Notes: generated from the sequence alone by a model not told the origin. A stretch of 63,807 nt of DNA, filler included, from Conidiobolus incongruus B7586 (GCA_000697335.1; 7 parts of 7 records of this genome joined end to end with filler, not necessarily neighbours in it), one strand, 5' to 3'. Positions 24,796 to 40,000 are shown, counted from the first letter of the whole stretch. A program made the numbers and translations.

Positions 24796-26985
24796 TGTTT
24801 GAAATAAAGTCCAAAGAATGGAATACCGGGTATATTTAAACTAAATCATTGTAGGTAAGGAATATAAATTTTATTGAAATCGGATATTAGGATATTTATT
24901 TTCACTACCCACCCTATTAATTTCAAATGTAAATGATTATCCATATTACTTGAGTTGATATTTAGTTAGTGTTTGTTGATAAATTAATAGAGCAAATAAT
25001 ATTAATTCGATCAGTTATTAAATATGGTAAAGTTCAAAGCTTTCTTATTTTAGCTGTGAATAAAAATCGATTTTTTAGAAAGTAATACACCAATTATTTG
25101 ACATATATCAAACCATTCAAGTTTGCTTAATTCAATATAATATTTAACGGTTAAGTAATTTCAATATCTTGATTGAACTTATCTTTCGGAAATTATTTCT
25201 AAGAAATAATTACAAATTGAACACTTAAAAAATTCAACGAATATAAATTAATGAAAGATTAACTAATTACATAAAGGAAATTATACATAGTATATATGTC
25301 AAATCCATGCTTTATATCCATTTGTCTATATTTTTCATTTAAATTTTTAGTATTATTGACATTTAGGAACTAAATTAGAATTTTGATGAAATCACCAGAT
25401 TTTGATTAGCTAAAAAATGTATTTTGTTCATTTTACTCTAATATTCATATAGTTTACAGTTAATATTATATTCATAAGCTATATTCACTAAAGTATTATG
25501 ATATCACGTTAATTTGATATGATTTAAAAATTTCATAAAAAATACTATAGTTAATTATAAATAATATATTTTTAAATCTATCTATAAAAATTAACATTCT
25601 AAACTATAACCAAAAAATCTTAGCCTAAGTTGCTAAAAATAAAATAATGAAAATTTGATTAATCAACTATAGTATATTTATTTTTATCACATTGTGATTT
25701 GGAATTATATTATATATATTTTTATCATTTTTGCTATTTTACTCAGGTTTTTTATATTTAATATTGAATTCAAAATAGTTGATAGTGTATCATCCTATTT
25801 GAAAAAATCATTAATAACTTGCATAAATACTAGCACCATAAAGCATAAATCATATATGAATGCAATGCAATATCACTAATATTACACATCTAATTGTTTT
25901 CCAATGTTTTCGCTAAATTTTAAATTAATACTTATTATCTTATTACCAAGATTTTAACTCAGAATTCCGATTTTTAGTAAGATAAATTTATTCAATCAAA
26001 TTCCATACTAAAAAATATGTTAAATCTTTAAAATGACCAAAGATTGAATATAATTATAACTTTTCATATTAATTTATAACTATTATTGAATTTAGAAACA
26101 TAATATATTTCATTAGAGATCAATTTTGAATTGATGTTTTAAGATTACTAATGATTGACATTTGAGCTAATTTTACTTGGTATCTAATGCTTATAAAATC
26201 AATCAATATTATATTCAGTTTATACAAATTTTTTCTTTATATTTAATTTATTCTAAATATAAATGAATTAGTATGGTAATCAATTCCTTAATTGAGTTAT
26301 TATTTATTATTAGATGATCATATTATAAAATTTTAATATTTAAACATAAAATTTTATGAGAATATAATTTGAAAAACTCTGAAGATATCAATTAATACAT
26401 AATTTATTTGATAAAAAATTAATGTTTTGTACTTAATTTGTTAAACTTATATTCAATTTCAGAACTATTCTTCAGCCAAAAAGGAGAACTTTAATGAACT
26501 AATACTGCATTGTTAATTTTAGTACTCTATATCAAAGATTAAAGAAAATCAATTCGATATAAATTCTCTAGGTAGATTGATGTCATATTTATATAATTTA
26601 TCAAACAAATTTCATATTTTACTATAGATTTACATTTATAAAATACATTTTTAATACTGGTGCAGATTAATTGAATATATTGAAAAAAAATATAAGCCAA
26701 TTTTTTATATCCATTTTAATAAGATGATATTTTTTCTAATTAGTATAAGAGGTTATATGGATTTTAAGCTATTTATAGTATTATAATTCCTATCATTAAC
26801 TAATTTTAATATATTTTCCTAAATAGATATTCAATTAAATTATATTTAACTTTTAAAACTATTAATTCATTAATTTCATTTGATTGATAAAAACTTGTAA
26901 ATATAAAATATTTTAAATTATAAATATCTTTGCAATGCCAGTTGCTGGAAATGTATAAAATAAGCAACTGAGGCGGGTAAGCTAC

Positions 26986-27242
26986 TGTTAGTGAGTGACA
27001 GTACTAATTTAAAGACTTTATTGAGAAGATGAAAGGATATTTTTATCTTGTAAGGGGTCCACTAACCTCCTATGGTTAGACTTATGACATTGGTTCTTTT
27101 ATAGTATAGTTATCAGCTAAAGATAGAGTTTAGAGGATGAGATATTTAGAGTAGAGTGATGTACCTTCCATGGTAATATCTCCATAAGGAAATAGATAGT
27201 GAGGCACAGACGCTCGGGGAGGTTAGCATCTAGGTAACCACA
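26986..27242 (-). mobile_element. Possible solo LTR (about 257 nt)
   Basis: GC-richer island in an AT desert. Minus strand starts TGT and ends TAACA, with TATAAAA then AATAAA in LTR order. No target-site duplication seen. Confidence 0.4.
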
Positions 27243-28901
27243 ATATAATTTGATTCATCAAAATGATTTTCAAGTTTAAAAATTTATATTAAAATATAAT
27301 TATTAATATAAATATTTTTATAAAATAGACTAAAAAAAGTAAAGTTTTATCAAAAACATTTTGTATATTAATCGTGATGATTTTTAATAGATAAATGTGA
27401 ACTTTTAGTAGTGAAAACTAAGCAATTATATATATAAATAATAATTTTTATATTTAACAGATATATACATATATCCCACCTTAAAATTCAATCTATTTTG
27501 ATCATTTTAAATATAAAATATGTCTATAATAACTATATTTCGTATACTTTATATTTTATTTTTAAATATTTAATTCATATTAGAAAATATTTAAAATTAG
27601 GCTATTATTTTAAAACTTATTATATTATAATATAGCTTGTTTTTAGAATAGTTTTTTCTCTTTTACCACTTACATTTATATTAAATATTTTATATTAATT
27701 TGTAAATATAAATTAATAAAAATGATAATTATTCTTTAATTAATTTATTCATTAGATTTTATATATTTATAATATTTATTGATCACGTTTATTTGATAAT
27801 TCTTATGAGTATCTAGGACATTATTTACATCAATTTATTATATATCTCTCAATAATATATATTATTTTGAAATGCAATATTCTTACCGTTTGATGTTTAA
27901 TTTGATAATATGAAAATATTGTAAAATCAACTTTAATATTATTCATAAATGTTAAATTTTTATTAAATAAGAGATATATTTTTCTATGATATTAATGGTG
28001 AATATAAACAAATATCATTTTCATAAGTTAAAGAGGATTATATATTATAATTTATTCAAATAACAATTAAATTCAAACTTTTTATACTTAGATCTCCAAA
28101 GATTAATAATCTAAACTTAAATTTGAACAATACCAATTTAAGTATATATTGAGATTGCTTATTTCGCATATTATATTTGTTCCATTGTACAATATAATTA
28201 TTTTCATTCCAACTCGTTCGACCTAGTATAATAATTCATTATTATAAAAACTTTTTTATTTTAAATTAAGTATTGTCAAATTTTAAATGTATTCACTTTA
28301 ATAAAGAAGACAGTATCTCTTCCCAGTTATAAAAGTTAAAATGCTTGAAAATATATAATATATAATATATATTATATAATTGATCAAAAACCAATATTTT
28401 GAGTGTGATTTAATTATTTATATGATTTAAATTCAAAATATCAAAGAAATCAGATTATACATAAGATATTGTAATTTAAAACCTATTCAGATAAAATGTT
28501 CTGATATTTAATTATCAACATGAAAATATTTATAAACTGAAAATTTGAACCGAGTGTAAAATTAAGTTGACACTGCTCACCTGAATCGTATTTAATAGAA
28601 CCACAAACAAACAACTAAAGAAATTACATGTTTATTGAATTGAAAATAGTTATATAAAATCATAATATAAGCTAAATTCCGTAATACAGTAATTTGATAT
28701 ATGGTAACTGGAAACATTGTCAAACTTAATAATTTGAAAATTGTATTTATTAGATTTAAATAAAACTAAATGCAAGTGTATTATTAGCAATTTACCTTAG
28801 CAATGAGTAATTTAATATATAAATATATAATCAAGCTAAATATTATATCAAATTAACAAATTTAAGCAATTTTGAATTTAGGATTTTGCAGTAGATAATT
28901 T

Positions 28902-29502
28902 CTAAGAAGGAACTCGTTCTTGGATTCTACGGCTATTGCCTCCTCTACCTCTGAATGAATTAAAGCGTGAACCTCCACGATTTGCATAGTTGGAACGATG
29001 ATTTTGAAAGTTTTTGTTGAATCCTCCATTATTATTTCCGCCATTATTATATCCATTACGGTGGCGGAGTGTACGCTCACGATTGGATTCTGCAATTTTG
29101 ACATTAATTGTTCTACCACGGAAACCAGTATTGTCTAAATTTTTAATAGCAGTATTGACAGATTCGTCAGTCAAGTAAGTGACAAAGCCAAATCCTCGAC
29201 TACGACCTGAAGTATTGCATAAATTGATAAAATTGATTAGAAAATTAAAATTTTAAGCAATTAGTATATTTGAAAATATATCTAAGAATGAAACAATGAC
29301 TAATATTGCTATAGAAAATATTGATGATGGTTGAAAATATATTATCTGATAATTAGCATATATAATATAATAATCATGTACCATTTTCTTTGTTAACAGC
29401 AATAGAAACATTGCTAACTTGGCCATATTGACTGAAATAAGAACGAAGCTCCTCTTCTTCAGTGTTCCAGTCCAGGTTACCAACAAATAACTTGTTAGAC
29501 AT
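28902..29502 (-). CDS. Single-RRM Gly/Asn/Arg-rich RNA-binding protein (CIRBP/GRP-like), 2 exons
   Basis: MSNKLFVGNL (RNP2), an intron, then GRSRGFGFVTY (RNP1), FRGRTINVKIAE and an RGG/N-rich tail. Confidence 0.9.
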
Positions 29503-30499
29503 TTTAATAATAGGTTACTATTGAATATTGTTGTATAACGATAAGCATAGCACCGTGATTAAATTGTATAGTTTAAAACTTACCAATGATTCAATTAATG
29601 AATATATTGCTAATTATTCAAGTGCCGAATCTTTTCCGATACTGTTGTATGAAGTTTATTTCTACATAGATTGGTTTGATATATATACTTATTTTTCATT
29701 TATTAAATGCGGTTTGATATAACTAAAGTTGAATTGATTTTAATTCACTGTTCAACTAATTAGCATATAGTATATATATAGGTTGTGATATGATGAAATT
29801 AGTATTAGTAATACAATATCTATTACAAACCAAAGTCTTCATAAATTGATTGTAAAATAATCTAAGTTTGCTTTTTTAATGTATAATTTTAACACTTCCC
29901 AGAATTTCCACTGGTTCTGTGCACACTTATCAATAAATAATCAAGGCTTTGATAAACTATCACTTGCAACACAGATACTTGGATATTACCTTTAATAGTA
30001 TTAAATTTTAAATAATGCAGCACTAAATGCATTATTGGTATCCTCAGTTAAATATAAACAATTTTTATGTTATCGCCTCCAAAATATAAGAATACATTGG
30101 AATATAATTAAGCAGCCTTAAACATTGGGATAAAGCTGGAAAAGTCAGAACCATATAATCATCAGGTTGATTCCAGCTCCACACAGTCCCCAATAATCAA
30201 ACAACTCTTTAATAAGGGTGAACACAATATCAAACTCAAGAAAAAAACAAAATACATAACCCAAAAGTTATTTCAAAACACCAAAAGCAAAAGTCTTATA
30301 CAAGTTTAATACCATAAATAAAAGTTCCCTGAATATAAAATAATGTGGGATATTAGATTTAAGCTTAAAAGCAATATAGTTTATAAGCTTTATTTAACAA
30401 TTATACAAAATATTTATCTTTAAAATTATAATTACCTACAAAAACTAGTTTGGTCATTGTAGAGTTGAAATTTTTTGAATTTATCTTAAAATAGCAGAA

Positions 30500-31199
30500 T
30501 ATAACATACCATATCGAGTAAATAGCCTCTGCCATTGCTTGCTGAGAAATCATCCAGAGTTTTCAGTCCAAGCTATCTACTTCGAAATAAGTGTACAGTT
30601 TTTTCTCACGAGAATTCATATACAGTTTCATCAGCTTACTGATTATCGTTCAAATGCTTTTAATTTCAATAAATTCCATTCAATAATAGAAGCGTTACTA
30701 TTGTTTTAGCGAAAAATGTACAGGCTACATAATAGCAATAATTGATTTAATTTCTATTGGCGAGGTGTTTGGCAATATGATCCTATATAGATGTGTCATT
30801 AATCTTCCTGCACTTAAATTGTAAAAAGTTAATGCTTAATCATTAATTCCATCTTTAGGAGGCTCTGCATGGCTTTCAAGAAAAGGGTCTCATGAAAGCT
30901 AAGATGAGAGTGTAATACCTAATCCTCTCGCCCAACTTAATTCGTTCATCAATGAAAACAAGCTGACAGGAGCTGGGATTAATGATGAAAAATTTGATGA
31001 GGAAGAACCTGGAAGATCGAATATCAGTAAATGGATTCTGATTCTCTCCGATTGTATTTCTACTATTGAGGAATCCGATGCTCCAATTATCTGGGATGAA
31101 AGTAGCTCTGATAGAGAGATTATGGGCAACGTTGATATTGACTCTGAACAAGAACTCGGTATTCCCAAGAAATTGATGATCGGGGTTATGAATCCATAA
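30500..31199 (+). pseudogene. Unidentified degenerate coding-like island
   Basis: Higher GC than flanks; splice-like signals; a 98-codon acidic open frame 30903-31199 directly preceded by an in-frame TAA. No family recognised. Confidence 0.35.
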
Positions 31200-32056
31200 A
31201 TTAACGTCCCAAAAAATACAAATATATGCTTATTATTACTTATAAAATAAATTGATCATAATGAAATATACTTTCACTACATCAATAGATTTAAGTCATA
31301 TGACACTGAACATTTCTAATAAGTTGGAATATAATTTCAAAGACAATATCTTGATCATACTTTACTATTTCCATAAATTATATTTGATTCAATATCATGC
31401 TGAATAATTATTTAAACTATTTTAATTTTTACATGATTTTAAAAACATAATTTAAAAAAATCATTATGATTAAGTTAATATAAATATTTCATATTTATAC
31501 TTTGACAAGCACTTGATATTTATAAATATCAAAAGGGCTGGAAAATGAAATTATTTACTAATATCTGCTAAATTAACAGTAATTATGTAATGATTGTAAA
31601 AAAATTTACAGTTCAATATTTAAATATTGTTAATGGATGGTATTATAATATCAATATATACATTTATAATTTAATAAAATGGTATTATTTTATTATTTCA
31701 TATTTTTAAATTTTCACATTGTTCACTCAATTGCACTAAACAATTTCCCATCATGGATTGCGGATTTAAAGTCACATTGGTAGACAATTAAGGTATAAAA
31801 CAAGATATTAAAAATTGACACTATGAAAATACTAGATGGAAAAATTCTAATTATCTTATAACAAATAGTAAACAATCAACAAAATTTAATTTTGTAATTG
31901 GCATTAAGTGGTAAATAAAAAAAGTTAAATCTTATAAATTTATTAATGAAAAATGAATATGCTAATAAAATAATACATTATAATATTTCGATGGTTTTCT
32001 TATTAATTGAAACAATAGATAAAAAATTGTTAAAATATAGTTTATGATGATGAAGA

Positions 32057-35000
32057 CTAATTACGGCGATTTCTTTGTGATACCATGACTTTGAATCCAT
32101 TGATCAATTTGGTGATATCAGAATAAGTATTATCATTAAGTCTAAATTGCCCAGGTGTAATTTTAACAAGAATGTCTTGCACTGGTGATGAGGCATTGAT
32201 TTTATAAGCTAATACAACATAACCAGGACGTTCATTGCTGAGACATAAACCATATACCGATTGAGAAGGATGTTGTAAAGCAATGTTCTGGAGATGCTCT
32301 TTCAACTTGGATACTCCACCTTCGCGATACTTGGGATGACTTGTAACCTGGCGAATAATCATCAAGCAAGGATTGATGTATGAAGTAATCATATCTTCAA
32401 TGTTTTCATATCTTTGACCAGCAATTGTGATGGATCTGTTAATATTGGTACTTGCAGGTTCATTAGTTTCAGAAACATTCAAGTGTTGGTATATACCATC
32501 ATGCATCTTCCAACTGATAGAGAGATGATTGTTACCCGATGATGAGGGACGAATAACTAAGTCACCAATAGATTTAGTTGATAGGTATTGCTCGGCTTCT
32601 TGGAAATTAAATTGTTTGAAGAGTGGGTGGTTGGAGATCTGGTCATTGATACCATTGTTTCTGGATCTGGAGTCAGAATTAGAATAGCCAGAGTCATATG
32701 TCTGAGAGCGGACTGGTTTGGATGTATCGGGCTCTTTAAAGTATTCGTCCTTAATGGGAATGGTATTAGTAGTATCGAAAGAGTGGAACACCAACCAGGT
32801 CGCTTCTTTGGCTCTGGCAAAATCTTCTGGAAGTAAAGAAAGCTCGAGAGAAAAGCGGTTGAGATCCACACGAGTAACAACGCAAGTAATAACTTGGCCC
32901 TCATATGGTGTGGCAGTTCCATGAGGAATTCGGGCGAGTGATAGGAATCCGTCCAAGCCACTATCTGTGCGGCAAATGAAGAATTTGGGAGTTTGGCGGA
33001 CAACTTCAACAGGTAATTTCATATCTTCGTGAAGGGTTGAGGGAGTTTCTCCTGTGAGCTGGGCAAAAAGTTCGTGGGGAGAAGCAGAGATATAAGGAGA
33101 ACGATGATCATAATAAGGATTCTGAATCTCATCACAAATCATGGACAAGGTGCACTTTTTACGAACCTGATTGTAGCTTTCTAAGATTTTGGAAAATTCA
33201 TCCAAATTGAGTTCAGACAAATTGTTGTTTCGAGTATTCATAAGTTGCTCGACATAATAGGATGGATTTTCAATATCATTCGATTCTTCTTCATCGATTT
33301 CCAGAGCATCAGCAGCCATTTTACGCGCTAAAGCATAATCTTCAGGGTGGATTCTTGTGCCATCAAGAACATCTTCAGGGTTTTCAATCTTCAAGACACT
33401 AGCACAGCTGAAGAAAACACTCTTTGTAAGAGCTTTGTTACTCAAGAACCAGATTCTAGAGTTTGGAGTTTCTGTGGTAGTAGTCAGCTTTTTAATAATA
33501 TGTTGTGCCTTGCGAGGACCAAGACCACTGACATAATTAAGCAGAACTGACTTATAAGGGGTTGTTAGAGATTGATCGACTACGACACCTGTTTCGTTGA
33601 CAACGTTGATTAATACTCGTTCCATAATAGTATATAATCTATTGGGATTTACAAGTTTCTGAAGAGGATGGAGGTGAACCCTAGTTAAATCTGATCCAAG
33701 AGCGGCATATTCGTTGACTGGGTTTTGGCAATAGCGCGCTAATGAGATACAGTATCTAATATAAGATGAGGAGTTAGGGTAGTCAGCAACAGCTTCTTTA
33801 GAGTTCTGGTATAAACGAGCTGTTTCATCTGTTTGCCAAAATAGAGGCAATTGAGTAGAGTTATTTTGATTGTAATCGTCGATGATTTTGGATACTTCAT
33901 TGTAAAATCGTTTGGTGCAGTAATGAAGGCCAGAGATGACAGCAGCATCGGGGTTACATTTACTAATAAAGTTATATAAATCTTGTTTGCTTTGGTCATT
34001 CCTTAAATCACCAAATGTCAGAGTGTTGGCAACCTGAGAAGAAGAATTGACAAACACTGCAACATTAGGCGAATCACGGATATCTCGACCACAGGTTAAT
34101 GCAAGTACATTTGGGGTTGAAAGAGGGTCGTTAGGAGGACGGAAAGGGGCCATGTTGGCTTTATGGTAAAACTTCTCTTCAATTTGCTTGAGAACAACCT
34201 CTTCACCATCTGTGCGCAACTTCTGAATCATCCATTTAGAGGCATAGGGAATAAGATGATCATTTAAAGCCTTTTTCAGGATAGATTTTCTGAAATCATT
34301 CCATTCATTTGCAAGGCTGCTTCTGCTATCGCTGCAATATGCATCGCAAAAACGATCGAATACGAAATTCTCAGTCTTAAAGGTGAATTTAATATTGATA
34401 AGTCCATTTTGCTCTGCATCAGCAAGTTGTAAAAATTGGGTAGTTTCGAAACGGGATAATGGTTTGTTGTTGATATGCTTAAAAATAAAATATGGGTGAG
34501 ATATATCAATAACACTGGCTCCTTTAGCGGTAGGGCTAGTAGTGATGCATGATTCATTCAAGAATAAAGATCTAATATACTGTCTAATAGCAAAATGAAC
34601 GCCAATTTTTTGGGCCATATATGCAATTGCCGCTATCAATAATTATCAGAATGATATCATAATGATGGCAAATGTAAGATTACCTTGGAAAAACACGTTC
34701 ACATCACTGAATGATCGAGTGATGTACTTGCTAGCAATTGCTTGTTTTGACTCCAAAGGATCTTTTGACCCATCAGGTCTACGTCTCTGGTTCAGATTTC
34801 TTTCAATTTCACTACAGCTAATAGATACAGCCTAAAGAATTTAGATTAGTATTGTATTGAAAAGTTAGACATATTAATTACATTGATAAATGCATCAACA
34901 CCATTAGCCTTGGAAATTTGATATAAAGTTTGCTTAACTGGACGTTTAATGCTAGATGTAGACTTTGGTTTGTTAGCAGCTAAAATGGATGGATAGTAAA

Positions 35001-36392
35001 ACCCAATATAGTCGATTCGGTCATTGATTTCATCAATGGTAGTAAACTCTGAAGGTAACTTCTTTAAAACTTCATCATCATGTGGGGCTGATTCCTTGAC
35101 TTTGGCAGTTAATTCTTCGAGGAGTCTCTGTCTACGACTCAAATTTTTATATTTAATATCAAGATCAAACAAATACCATAAATCTTCTAAATCTAGAATA
35201 TAAACTGAAGAACGTGATGAAAGGGAAATTCTGACAAAGTAATCCTTCCGATGAGCCCAAATAGTAGGAACTTCTAGATGCTCCAGATTCAAAAATTTCA
35301 AAAATGTTGCTACATGCTTGGGCTCTAATTCTAATCCTTCTGTAGCAGAGCTTTTGGCACGTTTGTAAGGAACAATATGTCTGAAGATCCATGCGGTTTC
35401 AGCTTTGAGGAACGCTTCGTCATACTTTGTTTCAAGAAAATCACCAAATAAAAGTTGAAGTCGTTCTGGGATATCTCGAATTTTAATGTTTTCATCAGAA
35501 TCGGTCATGAATTTCTTCTTCAGCTCTTCAGGTTCAATGACATCCTTCAGTATGGTAGCAGTGGAGTTGGAAGACTTTTTCAAACTTGCCTTGATGATTT
35601 GATCGGCTTGTTTCTCGCGTACTCTTTCTTCAACTGGTTTATCGTGCAAAGCGTGAAGGTAATCAGTGATGTCATGAAATAAATCAAAGAGTTTTTTAGT
35701 TTGATCACCAGTTGCTCCTTTGATAGCGGCAGAGTGGATTTTCTGTTCTCTCTGTTGAGGTGCAGGTCGAGACCTCGAAATAGGTCTTTCAAGTTCATCT
35801 TCTTCAGAGCCTTCGTCATCGTCAATAAAATCGTCAAGTCCATCATAGTCATCTCCAGCAGGATATTGCTCTTCTTCGTCATCATCAAAGATATGATCCA
35901 AATCCTCATCGCGACTTGTTTTTTGAGATTTTCTATAATCGTCTTCTTCATAAGATCTTTTATGCAATCGTTGTAACTAAAAAAATAAGTAAAATAAGAT
36001 ATAATGATGAATAGTATATCTTACTTTTGCACCACCAAACTGACCACCGGTGTTTTCTTCTAATAAACCAATTTCATCATCATCCAATTCTTCTTCTGAT
36101 TCTAAAAATATAATTAGAACAACAATGAATGTTATTGAAATTTTGAATTACCTGAATATTTCTTTCTCTTCTTTTTATGTTTACGAGAGCGACGATATTC
36201 TTGTTCTTCTTCTTCATCATCAGAAACGATAAAACCCTCATGAATCTTTCTAAGTTCTTCGGGGTCATCTTCTTCTTCCTCTTCGGAGCTGTCATCAATT
36301 CTCTTTCGATCCTCTTCGTCAGAATCTTCTAAGACGGCTCTTCTTCTTCTGGAGGACCCAGCCTGGTAAATTTCATCGTCGGAAGAATCCAT
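32057..36392 (-). CDS. SPT6: Transcription elongation factor / histone chaperone Spt6, 4 exons
   Basis: Acidic N-terminus, DIPERLQ, YqgF-like region (DETARLYQNS, ISLARYCQNP), HhH SGLGPRKA, LDGTRIHPEDYALARKMAADALE, S1 domain and tandem SH2 (VIRPSS). Confidence 0.96.
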
Positions 36393-36533
36393 TTTTCAAA
36401 ATTATAATCGGGAAAATTTTCAAATGATTTTAGATATTGGTTTCTAAACCTTTTTCTATTCTTTAGAGAAAAAAGTGATTTTCGTCCTTGCTTTAAATTC
36501 CATATTAATAAAACTATTTCACATTTTCAATTA

Positions 36534-36542
36534 TTATGGGAT
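36534..36542 (-). promoter_or_regulatory. Recurrent upstream motif ATCCCATAA (SPT6 promoter)
   Basis: TTATGGGAT on the plus strand, about 140 nt upstream of the minus-strand ATG at 36392. Confidence 0.5.
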
Positions 36543-38712
36543 TGATTTTTGACCACAAAATTAACAGTTAATTGATTCATAATTTCCCGACTACCTAACT
36601 CGTCAAATAATATGATGTAATTTAAACTAGCATATTGGATTTTCCATTTATCTTCAAATTCAAATATATTAATATCAACGAAATTTATAATATTATGATA
36701 TTTTAAACAAATATAAATATTATTTCTAATCTTTATACATTATTAGCATTGTATTTATTATCTCCATAGTCAATTTGATTATTTGAACTTAGCATGATAC
36801 TATCAATATCATTATAATATTTGATTGCGTCTAATTTGGAAATTTCATATTTATAATTTAATCAAATCTATATAACTATATAACAATATCAATAATTTTA
36901 TCATTGAGTTGACATATTTTTAAAATGATTGAAATCACTTAATACCATTTTAATTATTTATTTGATTCAAATATTTTTAATGTTAATTTTATAATATAAT
37001 TAATTTAATAAATTCAATTCCAATTTTTATTTATTTTTAATTCATAAAAGTTATATTTTTCAAAAATTATTTTAATTTCATGAATAATATATTATCATTG
37101 TTAATATTCTGTATATTTTTAATTTAAAACTTATCCTTGAAAAGTATTGCATAGATATATATTTCAGCAAGTTATGGTGTTTAAATTTTCTTTGTGAGTT
37201 AGAATAAATATGAACATTTGATTAGACTTTACAAATCTAATATTAAATATATTTTACTAAGAATTTATATATATAAATTAATATATATATAATATATAAA
37301 AAATTGGTAAAATATTTTAATTGATATTTTTAATAACAAATTATTATAAATTTATAAAAAAATAATTTCAAGAAATATATATTAATCTTTCTAGTTTATT
37401 TGATTTAATATAATATATATCACGGTTATCTAATAGAATTATTTCTTTTAATTAAAATAATTAATATTTATTAAAAAAATTCTATATAATATATGTAATA
37501 ATATCTTTATAAAATATTGGCATACCTAAAATTATTATATTTATTCCAAAATGATTTTGAAGATATTAAATATTATTAATACCATTAATAGATATCAATG
37601 GTTTTAAATTTGTATACCAAATTTATTTCTTCCTATATATTTTTATTATTAAAATCATATTAAATGTTTATATACATTTTCAAATAACTTTCAAATTTGA
37701 TATTCAATATCTTATACAATATTTGAAATAATCAAATAATATTCTCAAACGTTAATTCAGAGTGAAAATATATATAAGCATGATAATATCCATTGTATAT
37801 TTTAAAAATGATAATTAATTTTGCACACAGTTATAATAATTATACCTATAGTTTTGGATGGTTCTGTTTGACTTTTATTTCTATTATTGACTTCTCTCTA
37901 TAGTATATTCTTTTCCAAAACTTATAATTTTACAATTAATAATATTATTCCTAGTTTTAATCTCTTATTAGAATATATCTAGATTTATCAAATTTTAATT
38001 CTAATTATAAAATATTTATATCCAAAACGCAAATAATAATCTATTGCATATTTTGCCAATTTGTTCAAATATCCTTTTATGCTCTTGTTGAATTTTTAGG
38101 GATAATTAATAAGTTTAAATGTTCTGTAAACTAAACTTGATATTAGTACTTAATTATTGAGTATTTATATAATGATATTATATATTTAAATATATTTATG
38201 GATTTAATAACTTAACCAGATATATTGAAGAATTGCTATATTATCAATTACTGTAAATATACATATAATATTATGCAAAAATTGATAATTTAATCAAATT
38301 TAAAAGTCTATAATTTTAATTAATACTTGAATATCGATGTTTAATGGTTTATTTCTATAAATATTATTAATTTATCAAAGATTTTTAAATTTAAAGATAC
38401 TTCAGTTGTTTAGTTATATTAGAATATTTTATTTATTCAACACTCAAGCGTTATTTTGATTAGAATTAGTTATAAAATTTTAAAGCAGTTGAATTGAATA
38501 TCTAATTACAAAGATATCTTTTTTTATTTTATGATTAATTCTTTTTAAATATATCTTGATTTAATACTAGGAATAATATTTTGAATTATATCAAAAAGCT
38601 TAATTGATAAGATGAAAAACCTATATTTATATTGAAATCTCATTTTTTGAATATTTAAATATAAAGTATTTTTGTTTAAAATAGTTTAATATTTTTTTTA
38701 TTTTTTATTTTA

Positions 38713-38812
38713 NNNNNNNNNNNNNNNNNNNNNNNNNNNNNNNNNNNNNNNNNNNNTTAATTAATTAANNNNNNNNNNNNNNNNNNNNNNNNNNNNNNNN
38801 NNNNNNNNNNNN
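38713..38812. other. Artificial contig linker
   Basis: N44-TTAATTAATTAA-N44. Confidence 0.98.
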
Positions 38813-39659
38813 TTTTTTTATAAATTTATTTAAATTTAAATAACTAAGTATATAAAACATATTATTTCAAAATAAATTTTATTGAAAAATTATCTTAATA
38901 CTATTATTTTTTCAATTAAATTATAATTAAATTTATTTAAGACTAATGAAAACCCTTAATTAGGAAGTTGCAATAATAATTACATTGATATATCAAAAAA
39001 AATAAAGTCAAAGTCCTAAATTTTAAAAATAATATTATTTCTATCTTTTGAATGAATCTGATGCTTTTTATCCAATTATCAAAGTAATATCATAAATATA
39101 TGAATAAATAAAATTAATTATATATTTTGGACCGTTTAGTTTAAATATATTAAACTTTAGTAATATGAACATTATTAATATAATCATTATTTTTATAATG
39201 TTTATAACTATATACACAATTTACTGGAAAAGTAATTTACTCAACAATCCCATTTAAGAATAGATAGAAAAACATTAAAACTGTGATTCAAATAGGAAAG
39301 TCATAAATGAAAATATCAGAGAAATAGTGCAAAGAAGGCCTTAATTTGCCATTACCAGTCTGTGCAGGCTAATTTATATTTTATTCTTTAACTAATTAAT
39401 ATTCAAACATCTGGGTAGTTCATCAACAAAATAGAATTTAACGATTATAATTAAACAAATTGATAATGATATAACAATAGTTCAATCGACTTTTATACTA
39501 TTCAATTCATTTGGTTTTTGACTCGTGTAATAATTGATAAAATTGTATATATCAATAATTATGATCAACTATACAAAAGAATAATCTTATAAGTTTTCCA
39601 ATCATTATACCAATATTATTGATAATTGATTTTTCAATGATTTTCCACAATAGATTTAT

Positions 39660-40000
39660 ATTGCAAGACTTCAGGAAAGTAGACTTGCAACAAAGATCAC
39701 ATGAATCGTTAAAACGGGCCAAGGACGACTGATGAGATATTTTAAAGGAGCTTTATTAAAACTTCAAGATGTAGGGCTTGGCCCTGATCAAGATGATCCT
39801 CGAGCAAATATGTGTCTAGTGAATATTTTATATTGCGGTTCATCCATTGCCAATGTGTTCAAACTCCAATTTCTGTTATGGTCTGGAATTTTCCATTATG
39901 TGTGGATTGATCCTGATATTTTTAAGTGGATTACATCCGGTATAATGATGGACGGTTAAGGTTGAAAGACGAGCGGACCTCCCGATCCGCAACAATATAG
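39660..40000. pseudogene. Isolated coding-like fragment of unknown origin
   Basis: About 340 nt GC-rich island with a 75-aa ORF (39732-39959) bracketed by in-frame stops. Strand uncertain; no family recognised. Confidence 0.25.

Noticed and set aside
27215..27235. U6atac-like AGGTTAGCA
   Set aside because: The upstream AAGGAGAGA box and downstream stem are absent.
36613..36621. TGATGTAAT (ATF/CEBP-like) motif, also at 4143 and 60807
   Set aside because: Only two of three copies are in promoters and the word is AT-rich, so chance cannot be excluded.
39725..39775. Hammerhead core CTGATGAG
   Set aside because: No stem II followed by GAAA could be formed.
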